This document shows, in pieces, positions 9,140-19,022 of a stretch of DNA of 64,000 nucleotides (position 1 is its first letter; each line of letters begins with the position of its first letter). The notes below the pieces were generated by a model. The model did no database searches, was not told the origin of the DNA, and was given only the letters and a program-made list of their open reading frames with translations. Position numbers and translations under genes: made by a program. Source of the stretch: a plasmid; NCBI RefSeq assembly GCF_054482595.1, contig NZ_JBTHVH010000004.1; one strand, 5' to 3'.

Positions 9140-10348
9140 TTAAAGGGTTAGTGGTTCAATAGGCTGAAAAATGAAGGTACTGCTCATCTTTCGAATAACC
9201 GGGTGATCGCCTAACGCTTCAACCGGATCAATGTGTTCTAAGCCTGCAAAATTTACTGACGACATCTGGCTGCGACTGCATTTGCAGGACAGGATATACT
9301 CATCCTCCAGATAGCCGGTCCGCTTACTGACCCGTTGCGTAAAGCCTGACACAATCACGTTGTCGAACGGTAGCGTATGTAAAACGATACCGACCAGGCG
9401 GAACAAGCAGCCATGGACGTGGCGGGCATAGTTTTCGCGTACGGCTTTTTGCGTCATGGCTTTTTCCGTCAGCTCCGTGCCCCGGGCATTAACGCCGTAA
9501 ATCTTATCAGGGAAATCTTCAATCTCAGCTAAATCAACATCCAGCAGGACTGCTGATAGCTCCGGCTTTACTTCAAATGCAACAAGCGTTTCACGCGGCC
9601 ATTCAGTTTCTGCCAGCACACCCGCCAGGTATGATTCGAAAAACGCGGCGTCTGTCCGGAACTGCTGCCGGGCATCTGCCTGAGCCGTGGCGAGCCGTTT
9701 TTCATGTTCTTCAGCCTCAAACTTCCAGTTTGCATACTGTTCGGCCCAGGCCGTCCGTTGTTGCTGGTACCGGTGCTGTCGAAGGGTATTCTCACGCTCC
9801 ACATCAATCAGCTCCTGCTGCCACCGGCGAAGATTTTCGGCGTGGCGCTCAGCTTTAGCTGATTCCGATTCAAACCATTTACCCAGAAAACTAATGCCTT
9901 CGCTCTCGGCAGGCTTTTCCGGCAATGCAAGATAGTCTGGCTTTTCTGGACGCACCGGTGCCGGAACCTGAAAAGGCGACGTTCTGTTATGCAGGTATAC
10001 TGCTTCCAGCTCTGCCCAGCTGATGCCTGTTTTAGGATCCGGCGTCAGCTCGTGAATATTACGGATTGCGGTCACCGCTGACATGAGATCAGCGGCTTCC
10101 TCCTCAAGCGCCTGTCTGAGCCCCGGGTCGGTAGCCGTCCGGTTCCCACCTCCGGAACGCGCGGCCCGATCAAGCCGGGTACGGTAACTCAGCCCGGTAC
10201 CGGGCAAGCCCAGATTGGCATAGGTCCCCCGGCTTCCAAAAGAAACGGAAGCACCTCTCGGCCCGACACTCAGGCTCGGTGCACCGTTACTCAGGTTGAG
10301 GCGAACACCAGGAATAATGTTGATCGACTTTCTGAATCTGAACCCCAT
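9140..10348 (-). CDS. DUF4236-like hypothetical protein
   Basis: N-terminus 'MGFRFRKSINIIPGVRLNLS' matches my recollection of the DUF4236 signature; the remainder is Gln/Glu-rich and coiled-coil-like; ATG at 10348. Confidence 0.55.
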   Translation of the reverse strand: MGFRFRKSINIIPGVRLNLSNGAPSLSVGPRGASVSFGSRGTYANLGLPGTGLSYRTRLDRAARSGGGNRTATDPGLRQALEEEAADLMSAVTAIRNIHELTPDPKTGISWAELEAVYLHNRTSPFQVPAPVRPEKPDYLALPEKPAESEGISFLGKWFESESAKAERHAENLRRWQQELIDVERENTLRQHRYQQQRTAWAEQYANWKFEAEEHEKRLATAQADARQQFRTDAAFFESYLAGVLAETEWPRETLVAFEVKPELSAVLLDVDLAEIEDFPDKIYGVNARGTELTEKAMTQKAVRENYARHVHGCLFRLVGIVLHTLPFDNVIVSGFTQRVSKRTGYLEDEYILSCKCSRSQMSSVNFAGLEHIDPVEALGDHPVIRKMSSTFIFQPIEPLTL

Positions 10349-10358
10349 TATGATTTCC

Positions 10359-11318
10359 TTAATGATGCTGGGTCACGGTAAGTAATCTGATTCCATCAGC
10401 GCTTTGCTCGTTCTGTAACCCATAAAAACGAGCTCTGTCCAGAATGCCAGCCGCCCAGCGGCGATGTGTGGCGGGTTCACACATTGCTCCCTGCGACTTA
10501 AACACGGCCTGGGTAGAGTTCAGGATCCGCAGAGCGTCAGAATGCTCACCCTGAGTGACCATCAGCGCGTTTTGAATGACCTCTATCTGACCCGGGTGAA
10601 TGGCCGTTTTCCCAACAAGCCCATGTGCCATATCAAGAGCCAGCTCTCTGGCCATTACGGCATGATCGTCAATATGCTCACATACGGGCGCGGTCAGGGC
10701 AAAATCACGCGGGCCGAAGACCGAAACGAGCATTTTGATGACGTAGCCCATCGGGCTGTCATACAGCGTCAGGTCCCGGGGACGGCGAAGCGACACAACG
10801 TTCATAAGATCGTTGCCGCCGATTCGAAGCGCAATAATGCGGTCGTGGCAGGGATGTTCCACCAGACGGGTGGCCAGCTCCCGCATCTGAACCACGTCAA
10901 AGACGTCTTCTGTTTCCAGCGTTGGCATCATGCACAGGTGAGTCCCGCCCATGATATCCCACCATTCAGCTAACGAACTGAGGGTAAATTTCGGCAACAC
11001 AAACCCGTCGACAGCGGAAAGATCATAATGCGCTTTTAACCATCTGCCCATTTCGGCATGCCGGGGGCGAATGAACACCAGAGGCCAGTCATTTTTACCC
11101 AGGCTATGCATGCTGTTACTGAGCTCGTGCAGCAGGTGCTCCAGATTTTTGAGGGCGACGGGGATGTCTGCTTCACTGACAGCATCCTCCAGGCAAATCA
11201 CCAGAGAGCGCAAACCCGGGATTTTCCCGTGCAGGACGGCATCAGCAATATCTTCCCGTGTTGCAGGCATGTATAGCGTGGCTCCCAGATTCCAGGGAGA
11301 AAGACGATTTTTCATCAA
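10359..11318 (-). CDS. HpcH/HpaI aldolase / citrate-lyase beta (CitE)-like protein
   Basis: 'VICLEDAV' and 'ALRIGGNDL' motifs typical of the CitE/HpcH TIM-barrel family; 319 aa. Confidence 0.7.
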   Translation of the reverse strand: MMKNRLSPWNLGATLYMPATREDIADAVLHGKIPGLRSLVICLEDAVSEADIPVALKNLEHLLHELSNSMHSLGKNDWPLVFIRPRHAEMGRWLKAHYDLSAVDGFVLPKFTLSSLAEWWDIMGGTHLCMMPTLETEDVFDVVQMRELATRLVEHPCHDRIIALRIGGNDLMNVVSLRRPRDLTLYDSPMGYVIKMLVSVFGPRDFALTAPVCEHIDDHAVMARELALDMAHGLVGKTAIHPGQIEVIQNALMVTQGEHSDALRILNSTQAVFKSQGAMCEPATHRRWAAGILDRARFYGLQNEQSADGIRLLTVTQHH

Positions 11319-12394
11319 AGTACCTTCTTGATAATGGTTACAGCCCGATACTGGCCGAGGGTTCCCCCCATTTCTGTAACAACTATTCCCTTTTCACGAG
11401 CAAGCCCTACAAGCAAGGCAACGTCCGGGTCGTCAATAGAACGCACAAATACATGGTCCGGTACCCGACGTAATACAGCCCGGGTTGCTTCAGCAATACC
11501 GGGTTTTATACGATTGACGCTGTCCACTTTAAATTCATCGGCCAGGAACGCGATAACGTCGCGACTTGTCTGCCATAAGATCCGGGCTGACTCCGTATTC
11601 CAGCTCAGGGGAGCGAGGGATGACGGGGTTAACTTCTTACGGAAATGAGCGACGGTATCGACAAGCATCCGGCTGCATTCGAATTCACTGAGATGCTCGC
11701 AAACCATGCACCCGTGTAATCCTTCAGAGGACCACACTGACCGGGAGATCAGGCCTGACACCGGCGCACCCATGATGCCAAAAGGAATGAGCCAGTCATC
11801 ATCACTGGCTGCAAGCCAGGAGCAGCCACAGGGATCGGCCAGGACAACCAGTCGCGGCTGCTCAGGATAGCCCGGGCGATCTTTCAGTGCGCGTACAAGC
11901 TCTCCGGTAATTGCGCCTTTACCTGTCCATCCGTCAACAAAGACAATACCGCTGGTACCATGCCGCTCTTCAATGACGTCGAGGGCTGCACCGTCAATTC
12001 CACGATCCCGGATAATGCTGATACCGTAATGCCATGAGGTTTTCCCCATGTCACGCAGGGCCTGGTGCAGCATAACGCCGAGCGGCACGCCAGCCCTGAC
12101 AAGACTGGCCAGTACAATGGGCTCATCACCAAAGCGTTTGGCCAGAGCAATAGCGAGCTGTGTGACTTCTTTTGCAAGTCTCTCTGCGCCCCGATCCAGC
12201 GCCCGGTGAAACAAATCAAGATGCCATTGTGTTGGCGCTGGCTCCTGACTGAGCATGTCCGAATAATGTTTCTTCCCTGACTGAATCAGCTCTTCTTTTT
12301 GCTCAACCGGCGTCATCTCAATGACAACCGGCTTTAGCAGAAATTCCACGTCACCGGGCTGGTATGAGCCGGTAAATGTGTCATGTGGCTGCAT
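11315..12394 (-). CDS. StiP-like protein (family annotated as cysteine protease StiP in ter-linked operons)
   Basis: About 360 aa Cys-containing ORF in the ter-linked operon position; ATG at 12394 with GGAG RBS preferred over the TTG at 12460. Family name is from recall, not motif proof. Confidence 0.5.
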   Translation of the reverse strand: MQPHDTFTGSYQPGDVEFLLKPVVIEMTPVEQKEELIQSGKKHYSDMLSQEPAPTQWHLDLFHRALDRGAERLAKEVTQLAIALAKRFGDEPIVLASLVRAGVPLGVMLHQALRDMGKTSWHYGISIIRDRGIDGAALDVIEERHGTSGIVFVDGWTGKGAITGELVRALKDRPGYPEQPRLVVLADPCGCSWLAASDDDWLIPFGIMGAPVSGLISRSVWSSEGLHGCMVCEHLSEFECSRMLVDTVAHFRKKLTPSSLAPLSWNTESARILWQTSRDVIAFLADEFKVDSVNRIKPGIAEATRAVLRRVPDHVFVRSIDDPDVALLVGLAREKGIVVTEMGGTLGQYRAVTIIKKVL

Positions 12395-12395
12395 T

Positions 12396-13169
12396 TTAAT
12401 TTTCTCCAAAAATTCGCTGTGAAATGGCATCTGCAAACTGACTCTGACGCGGGATGCCAAACCAGCTGCACAGTTTCATAAAACGATGATCGCTCAGGCT
12501 GTCGCCCAGGCCAATTACGGGGAAGACTCCGCGTTCAGCCCGAAGTTTTTCAAGCAGCCATCTGACGGCCAGCCCTTTCTCAACCGGGGTGGGAAGCCAG
12601 GCCACGTTATTACTGTTGCGGTGGATGTAGAAGCCCTCGGTCGGAAACACCGTTTCTATCTCATCTGCAATGGCATTGAGCTCGTCAAGGCGGGTGCTGT
12701 CGCGGTGCTTCATCACCATATAAACCGCCGTTTCACCGTATTCGAAGTTCAGCCTTGCCCAGGCATTGATCCCTTTTGCGTCCATCATTTCAGTGATCAG
12801 ACGCTGCATCGATGTCAGCTTTTCCTGGTAGGGAGCCAGCTGGCCAAGCATATGGGCCTTCCACTCCTCGTCGGGTTTGCCTTCAGGCGTGAGAATGACG
12901 GCCCCGTGCGTGGTGATTGCCCAGGAGTGGAAAGGGATCCGGACGCGGCTGATTTCTTCAGTTCCCCGGGCGGTAACAGGTATGAGTTCAGCCTGCTCCA
13001 GGAGCCAGTCCACCAACATGGACTGTTCTTCCGTCATAAAGCTTCGTGGATTCAGGGTGCGATCAACGGCACCGGTACGGAATGGCTCCAGGGCCAGCTC
13101 GTCCACCATTTTACGACGGGTCTGAAAGAGCGTGTCGTCAAGGTCGCTCAGAACAACGGGTTTATTCAT
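12396..13169 (-). CDS. HAD-superfamily hydrolase (phosphatase)
   Basis: HAD motif I 'VLSDLDDTLF' directly after the start 'MNKPVV' (ATG at 13169). The 112-codon N-extension in the track ORF is rejected because it overlaps the upstream PRTase gene. Confidence 0.75.
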   Translation of the reverse strand: MNKPVVLSDLDDTLFQTRRKMVDELALEPFRTGAVDRTLNPRSFMTEEQSMLVDWLLEQAELIPVTARGTEEISRVRIPFHSWAITTHGAVILTPEGKPDEEWKAHMLGQLAPYQEKLTSMQRLITEMMDAKGINAWARLNFEYGETAVYMVMKHRDSTRLDELNAIADEIETVFPTEGFYIHRNSNNVAWLPTPVEKGLAVRWLLEKLRAERGVFPVIGLGDSLSDHRFMKLCSWFGIPRQSQFADAISQRIFGEN

Positions 13170-14304
13170 AGGTAACAATCTCCACGACGGGCGCAACCTC
13201 AGCCAGGGCTTTAAGAAGCTGCGTGTCAATACTTTCTGCGGGTGTCTCAGTACACACAAGAATACGGTCAAACTGCTGGTGGGCGACGTTATAGACAAAA
13301 TTGGGGATGCCCAGCCCGTAGTTATCCGTAAAGGAAATGGCGGACTCAATGGCATAACCAACGGCGATAGGGGAGCGGGTGGTCGAACCATAAAGTGCCT
13401 GTGCTCCGGCAGCTTCGAGCCGTTCAGCAAGCAGGAACGGCTCCCAGACGAATTCCCCGGTCCCGAGAACCAGAATACGTTCCCCCTTGCGGACGGAGAC
13501 CTCATGGCCGAGATCGGCCGCAGGTGCGAGCATCCCCAGTCGACCCCAGGACTGTTTTCCCAGGATGTCCCATTCTCCGCGTGAAGTTACGTTGACTTTC
13601 GGCATGTCCGGGACAGGTGCATCAGGTAATGGGGTCCATCCCCACTGACCGCTTACAAGCGAAACCGAAGTGACGGGCAAGGATGTGCGCTCCGACAGGG
13701 CGTTGCTACTCCAGTCGGTAAGCGTAACGGCGATAACCTGTTCAATATGTTGAAGCTTGCCGGTATTACGCAGGGCAGAAAGCAGGTTAATAAAGGTATT
13801 ACCGGTGGTTGCCTCGTCATCAATCAAAACCAGCGTTCGTGCGTTGGTAACACGACGTCTTTTCTCTTCATCATCTGGCAGATAGATCAGATGATCGGTG
13901 GCGTGGCTGTGTTCTTCCTTGAACTCGCAAAGTAACGTGCCATCAACCGGGTGACGGGTAGAGGTCAGATAGACAGATTCACGATGCTGGTGGCGCACTT
14001 CATCAAACACACCGGCCCCTAGCCCAACGGCGGTTTCAGCCATACCGATAAAAAGTACGGGCCCTGCCAGCGTTGCGGGGAACTGGCTGGCAAGCTGTCT
14101 GTAGGCCTGCCGCATGACTGAGGGTGGCACGGGAATGTGCCTGCCGAGTACTTTGCTGACAAACAGAAAGGCGCGTTTCGGGTTACGTCTTTCAGCGATA
14201 TCAAACAGGTCATCGAGCGAAACATCACCCTGGTCGCGGGTTACCTGTATCGTACCGCATGAGAGGGTACGGCGATAAATCATATCTTCGAGGGTATCAG
14301 ACAT
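13162..14304 (-). CDS. Phosphoribosyltransferase-domain protein (PRTase_2/TRSP-like)
   Basis: PRPP-binding signature 'TLVLIDDEATTGNTF'; about 380 aa; ATG at 14304. Confidence 0.75.
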   Translation of the reverse strand: MSDTLEDMIYRRTLSCGTIQVTRDQGDVSLDDLFDIAERRNPKRAFLFVSKVLGRHIPVPPSVMRQAYRQLASQFPATLAGPVLFIGMAETAVGLGAGVFDEVRHQHRESVYLTSTRHPVDGTLLCEFKEEHSHATDHLIYLPDDEEKRRRVTNARTLVLIDDEATTGNTFINLLSALRNTGKLQHIEQVIAVTLTDWSSNALSERTSLPVTSVSLVSGQWGWTPLPDAPVPDMPKVNVTSRGEWDILGKQSWGRLGMLAPAADLGHEVSVRKGERILVLGTGEFVWEPFLLAERLEAAGAQALYGSTTRSPIAVGYAIESAISFTDNYGLGIPNFVYNVAHQQFDRILVCTETPAESIDTQLLKALAEVAPVVEIVTYE

Positions 14305-14313
14305 AAACACGCC

Positions 14314-15372
14314 TTAATTCAGATGGTTAGAGAGTGATTCCGGGTAAACGATGACATCTGTGATGGATCTCACTGCAACCGGAGAAAAGGTATTTCTGGC
14401 GCTCTGGATCACCGCATCTTCAGACATCAGACCGAGCTTAAAGGCAGCAAACAACCCGGGAAGGTTCACCCCGCTGTGAAGGGTATAACCCACCCCGCCT
14501 GACGGACGCATGTTGGTTTCAAGCAGCACCGGGTTGCCATTCACATCGTTTCGCGTCTGAACATTCACCAGCCCGTCGGCCTTCATAACCCGGGCGCAGT
14601 CACAAGCCAGTTCCCAGGCGCTTCCTTCGTTTACCAGATACTGGATAGCCCCTTCCTTACGGCGTCCCACGGCTGCGAGTATTTCGCCCTTATCCGCGAG
14701 GATATCGACGGAAAATTCCGGGCCTGGCAGGTACGGCATCAAAACAAGGGGTTTAAACGACTCAGAAGCCGATGCTGCTGCAATATACTGTTGCGGACTG
14801 ACCAGACGATGTTCGGGATGATTAAAGACGGCCATGGGCGAAGCACTGTCATCAAAGCGCCAGAATCCCATGCCATAGATACCCGTCACCGGCTTCACGC
14901 ATACCGGGCTGTCCGAGAACGGCGGGGCCGCGAGGTGCGTCTTTAATTCTGCCAGCGTATTCACCCGCCAGGACGGTACGACCGGGAGCCCGTTTTGCTC
15001 CATAAACTGAGCAAAAGTAACTTTTTCGTCAGCCAGAGTTAACCAGTCGACGCCTGTTGCACCGGTAGTAAGGGTGGCTCCGGTCGATTCAATGGCTGAA
15101 CGGTGTTCTTCAAACCACTGGCTGTTACGGCCAGTATGAATATGGTGGATGCCGTAGGTCTGAATGGTTTCCTGAATAAACTGAAGACGTTTTTGAGGAT
15201 CTTCAGGTTCAGTCAAAGAATAATCGGCAACGGAAAGAATTTCATGTCTTTCGTTACGGTGGGAGGCAAATACGGTAATAGCAAAATTATTTTTTTGTGC
15301 AAATGATTTTACCCCCTGAATAATATCTCGCTGGGAGGACAAACCTTCCATAAACCAAATTTTCTTGTTCAT
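14314..15372 (-). CDS. ATP-grasp family enzyme
   Basis: ATP-grasp motif 'LLETNMRPSGG'; first gene of the minus-strand operon, divergent from terZ. Confidence 0.75.
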   Translation of the reverse strand: MNKKIWFMEGLSSQRDIIQGVKSFAQKNNFAITVFASHRNERHEILSVADYSLTEPEDPQKRLQFIQETIQTYGIHHIHTGRNSQWFEEHRSAIESTGATLTTGATGVDWLTLADEKVTFAQFMEQNGLPVVPSWRVNTLAELKTHLAAPPFSDSPVCVKPVTGIYGMGFWRFDDSASPMAVFNHPEHRLVSPQQYIAAASASESFKPLVLMPYLPGPEFSVDILADKGEILAAVGRRKEGAIQYLVNEGSAWELACDCARVMKADGLVNVQTRNDVNGNPVLLETNMRPSGGVGYTLHSGVNLPGLFAAFKLGLMSEDAVIQSARNTFSPVAVRSITDVIVYPESLSNHLN

Positions 15373-15694
15373 TTTTTTTAATTATCCGGAACGCCATGCA
15401 AATTTATGATTGAGAAGTGAGTCTATGAGTGTCTACGCTACATGTCAATCATAATATGATTAATAACTTCAGTGGTTATGGAGTGCGTCAGTGTTTTTTT
15501 AGTACCTTATAACGTATTGATATTTAAATTAAAAATAGAAAAATGAACACCATGAAAAGGATTTATTTTTGTGTTTTTGAAGAAAACTACCAAAATTTCC
15601 CTTGTCAGAGAACTTCATCATGATATGATTTTCTTCGTCAGTTACTAAATATACCTTTGATTGTCTCGGTCATTACCATTTTAAGGAATAAAAC
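15373..15694. promoter_or_regulatory. AT-rich divergent control region between the biosynthesis operon and terZ
   Basis: 322-bp non-coding, strongly AT-rich gap between divergently transcribed operons; no specific promoter elements assigned. Confidence 0.4.
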
Positions 15695-16276
15695 ATGGTT
15701 TCATTAGTTAAGAACCAGACGGTATCACTCAGCAAAGAATCATCTGCATTAAGCCAGCTTCATTTCGGTCTCGGTTGGGATCCGGTTAAGAAAAAAGGTC
15801 TTCTTGGAGGATTGTTTGGAGGCAACGACTCAATCGATCTCGATGCTGGCTGCGTATTAATGGACAGCACCGGTAAAACAATTGACACCATCTGGTTCCG
15901 CAAACTGGAATCCACCTGCGGCGCTGTTGTGCACAGTGGCGATAACCTGACCGGTGAGGGTGACGGTGACGATGAGGTGATTAAGGTCAACCTCTCCCGA
16001 CTGCCTGCAAACGTTGAATACCTGGCGTTTACGGTAAACAGCTTCCGTGGTCAGTCGTTCAATGACGTCGAAAACGCGTTCTGCCGCGTTGTCGATCAAA
16101 CCGGCAAAGAGCTGGCTCGCTACAAGCTGACTGAGCAGGGCTCACATACCGGGATCGTTATTTCTTCGCTGCGCCGTAATAACGGCAACTGGGACTTTAC
16201 CGCCCTTGGCCATGCCTGTCGCGGCCGCACAATTGACGATATGCACTCCGATATCGTTTCAGCGGTTATTCGCTAA
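15695..16276 (+). CDS. terZ: Tellurite resistance protein TerZ (TerD family)
   Basis: '[15 protein letters not shown]' TerD motif; 193 aa; first gene of the Z-A-B-C-D-E order. Confidence 0.85.
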   Translation: MVSLVKNQTVSLSKESSALSQLHFGLGWDPVKKKGLLGGLFGGNDSIDLDAGCVLMDSTGKTIDTIWFRKLESTCGAVVHSGDNLTGEGDGDDEVIKVNLSRLPANVEYLAFTVNSFRGQSFNDVENAFCRVVDQTGKELARYKLTEQGSHTGIVISSLRRNNGNWDFTALGHACRGRTIDDMHSDIVSAVIR

Positions 16277-17433
16277 TGAACCTGACGCCGGGGGGCAATG
16301 CCCCCGTTCCAGCCCAGGAGTTGCGGGTCCGGATCACCTCGGGCGGCCAGGTGGATGCTTCGGCGTTTCGCCTGTATGCCGACGGGAAGGTGCAGGGTGA
16401 TGCGGACATGGTGTTTTATGGTCAGCCACGTAACGATGATGGTACCGTCAGCCTGGTCAGTGAAGGCCAGTACTCAACCTTTACTGTCGCGCTCAACCGG
16501 CTGAAACCTGATGTCCAGAAAATTGCGTTCACCGTGACCTGTGACGGTGGGCAGACGGTGTCCGGTCTTCGTAATCTTTCCATCGACGTGGAGCAAGGGG
16601 CTACCGGCCTGGTTAGCGGCAGTGTCGAACTGAGCGGCCGTCAGGAAGCAGCCTTAATTCTGGGTGAATTTTACCGTCGTAATAATGACTGGAAATTCCG
16701 CTTCGTTGCGCAGGGGTTCAACGGTGGACTTAAACCGCTGGCAGAGCATTTCGGCGTAAATATTGCCGACGAACCGGCTCCCGCAGCCCCGACTCCTCCG
16801 GTTGTAACCCCTCCGCCAGTTGAGACAAAAATCAGCCTGAGCAAGGTATCGCTGACAAAAGAGAAGCCTGCAATCAGCCTGACCAAACGGGATAACTTCG
16901 GTGAAATCCGGATCAACCTGAACTGGCACCGGGGCAGCGGCAAATCAGGCTTTGCAGGCATGTTCGGCTCCAAAGGAATCGACCTGGATCTGGGGGCCTT
17001 TGTTGAGCTTCAGGACGGGTATAAATCGGTCATTCAGGCGCTCGGTAATGCATTCGGTAATTATCGGGATGAACCGTATGTTCAGCTCAAGGGCGATGAC
17101 CGTACGGGTGATGTATCAGACGGCGAGTGGCTGCATATCAATGGACGTGAATGGAAGCATATCCGCGAAGTGCTGATTTACGCCTTTATTTATGAAGGTG
17201 TTCCCAGCTGGGACAAGACTGATGGTGTGGTCACCATTCATGTGCCGGATCAACCGCCCATTGAGACCCGCCTGACCGAAGGTGAAAACCGTCGCACATT
17301 GTGCGCCATTGCCAGACTCGTAAACGAAAACGGCGCAATTAAAGTCGAGCGAATTAACCAGTACTTCAAAGGCCAGGACGAAATGGACCGGGCATTTGGC
17401 TGGGGATTTCGCTGGAGCGCCGGTTCTAAATAA
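16276..17433 (+). CDS. terA: Tellurite resistance protein TerA
   Basis: 385 aa with two TerD-like halves; its start overlaps the terZ stop (TAATGA). Confidence 0.8.
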   Translation: MNLTPGGNAPVPAQELRVRITSGGQVDASAFRLYADGKVQGDADMVFYGQPRNDDGTVSLVSEGQYSTFTVALNRLKPDVQKIAFTVTCDGGQTVSGLRNLSIDVEQGATGLVSGSVELSGRQEAALILGEFYRRNNDWKFRFVAQGFNGGLKPLAEHFGVNIADEPAPAAPTPPVVTPPPVETKISLSKVSLTKEKPAISLTKRDNFGEIRINLNWHRGSGKSGFAGMFGSKGIDLDLGAFVELQDGYKSVIQALGNAFGNYRDEPYVQLKGDDRTGDVSDGEWLHINGREWKHIREVLIYAFIYEGVPSWDKTDGVVTIHVPDQPPIETRLTEGENRRTLCAIARLVNENGAIKVERINQYFKGQDEMDRAFGWGFRWSAGSK

Positions 17434-17455
17434 CACAGCAACAAAGGAAACAGGT

Positions 17456-17911
17456 ATGAGCTTTTTCGACAAAGTTAAAGGTGCCATTAACTCAGGCCGT
17501 GACGAACTGACCCGCCAGGTTGGCCGTTTCAAAAACAAAAAATTCATGCAGGGCACCGTTGCTGTATGTGCCCGTATTGCCGTATCGAGTGACGGCGTAA
17601 GTTCGGAAGAAAAGCAGAAAATGATGGGCTTTCTGCGCTCTTCAGAAGAGCTGAAGGTCTTCGATACCAATGAGGTGATTGAGTTCTTCAATAAACTGGT
17701 TTCAAGCTTCGATTTCGATGTTGAAATCGGCAAGGGCGAAACCATGAAATACATCCTGGCGCTGAAAGATCAGCCTGAGGCCGCTCAGCTGGCCTTACGT
17801 GTTGGTATTGCCGTTGCGAAAAGTGACGGTAACTTCGATCAGGACGAGAAACTGGCCTCCCGCGAGATCGCTATCGCGTTGGGCTTCGACCCGGCTGAAT
17901 TTGGCCTCTGA
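17456..17911 (+). CDS. terB: Tellurite resistance protein TerB
   Basis: 151 aa; ATG at 17456 with AAAGGAAACAGG RBS; the track N-extension is rejected. Confidence 0.8.
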   Translation: MSFFDKVKGAINSGRDELTRQVGRFKNKKFMQGTVAVCARIAVSSDGVSSEEKQKMMGFLRSSEELKVFDTNEVIEFFNKLVSSFDFDVEIGKGETMKYILALKDQPEAAQLALRVGIAVAKSDGNFDQDEKLASREIAIALGFDPAEFGL

Positions 17912-17933
17912 TCCACATCCCTAAGGGTAAAAT

Positions 17934-18974
17934 ATGGTTTCCACACACATCGGCTTCCCGACTGAAACGGTCATTGTTTTTATTGCGCTTTCAGTCGGTG
18001 CCATCTTTATTGACCTGTTTATGCACCGTGATGACAAGCCTATCTCGCTGAAGAGTGCGGCGCTCTGGTCCGTATTCTGGGTTGTGGTTGCGATGGCATT
18101 TGCCGGTTTCCTCTATATCCACCACGGTGCTGAGGTTGCCAGTCTGTTTGTCACGGGTTATGCGCTGGAGAAAGTGCTGTCGGTCGATAACCTGTTCGTC
18201 ATGATGGCCATCTTCTCCTGGTTCGCCGTTCCGGATCGTTATCGCCACCGTGTTCTCTACTGGGGGATCATTGGTGCCATTGTCTTCAGGGGCATCTTTG
18301 TCGCCATCGGTACGAGCCTGCTGAGTCTGGGGCCGTACGTTGAAGTTGTCTTCGCTATTATCGTTGCCTGGACAGCGGTCATGATGCTTAAAAGCGGTGA
18401 TGACGATGATGAAATTGAGGATTACTCCCAGCATCTGGCTTACCGCATGGTTAAACGCTTCTTCCCTATCTGGCCGAAGCTCAGAGGGCATGCCTTCCTG
18501 CTTAACCAGAAGGAAGTGGATGCTGAACTGGCGAAACCAGAAAACAGCGATGTCACCATTGGCCGTGGTAAAAAAGCGGCGCTGTATGCGACCCCGCTGT
18601 TCCTGTGTGTAGCTGTGGTTGAACTCTCGGACGTAATGTTCGCGTTTGACTCGGTACCGGCAATCATTGCCGTCAGTCGTGAACCGCTTATCGTCTATAG
18701 TGCCATGATGTTTGCTATCCTGGGCCTGCGTACTCTGTACTTTGTCCTTGAGGCACTGAAACAGTACCTGGTTCATCTGGAGAAGGCCGTTATCGTGCTG
18801 CTGTTCTTCATCGCGGCAAAACTCGGCCTGAATGCGACCGATCACATCTGGCATCATGGTTACAGCATCGCGGCAACAACCAGCCTGTATGTTGTACTGG
18901 GTGTACTGGCGCTGGGCATTCTCGCAAGCGTCATGTTCCCGGGCAAACCTGAATCTGAGGAAAAGGGGAGTTAA
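17934..18974 (+). CDS. terC: Tellurite resistance integral membrane protein TerC
   Basis: 346 aa with multiple hydrophobic segments, in the expected position. Confidence 0.85.
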   Translation: MVSTHIGFPTETVIVFIALSVGAIFIDLFMHRDDKPISLKSAALWSVFWVVVAMAFAGFLYIHHGAEVASLFVTGYALEKVLSVDNLFVMMAIFSWFAVPDRYRHRVLYWGIIGAIVFRGIFVAIGTSLLSLGPYVEVVFAIIVAWTAVMMLKSGDDDDEIEDYSQHLAYRMVKRFFPIWPKLRGHAFLLNQKEVDAELAKPENSDVTIGRGKKAALYATPLFLCVAVVELSDVMFAFDSVPAIIAVSREPLIVYSAMMFAILGLRTLYFVLEALKQYLVHLEKAVIVLLFFIAAKLGLNATDHIWHHGYSIAATTSLYVVLGVLALGILASVMFPGKPESEEKGS

Positions 18975-19022
18975 TCCCCTTAAGTGTTAACCTGAACAAT
19001 TACTAATCGAAGAGGTTATTTT

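Noticed and set aside
9568-9935. Short ORFs on both strands inside the DUF4236-like gene
   Set aside because: Embedded in a longer, better-supported ORF; translations are low-complexity.
12396-13505. 112-codon N-terminal extension of the HAD hydrolase ORF
   Set aside because: The extension overlaps the upstream PRTase gene in another frame; the HAD motif I sits right after the internal ATG at 13169.
16654-16973. Antisense ORFs inside terA (91 and 100 aa)
   Set aside because: Embedded in a conserved ter gene on the opposite strand; no independent support.
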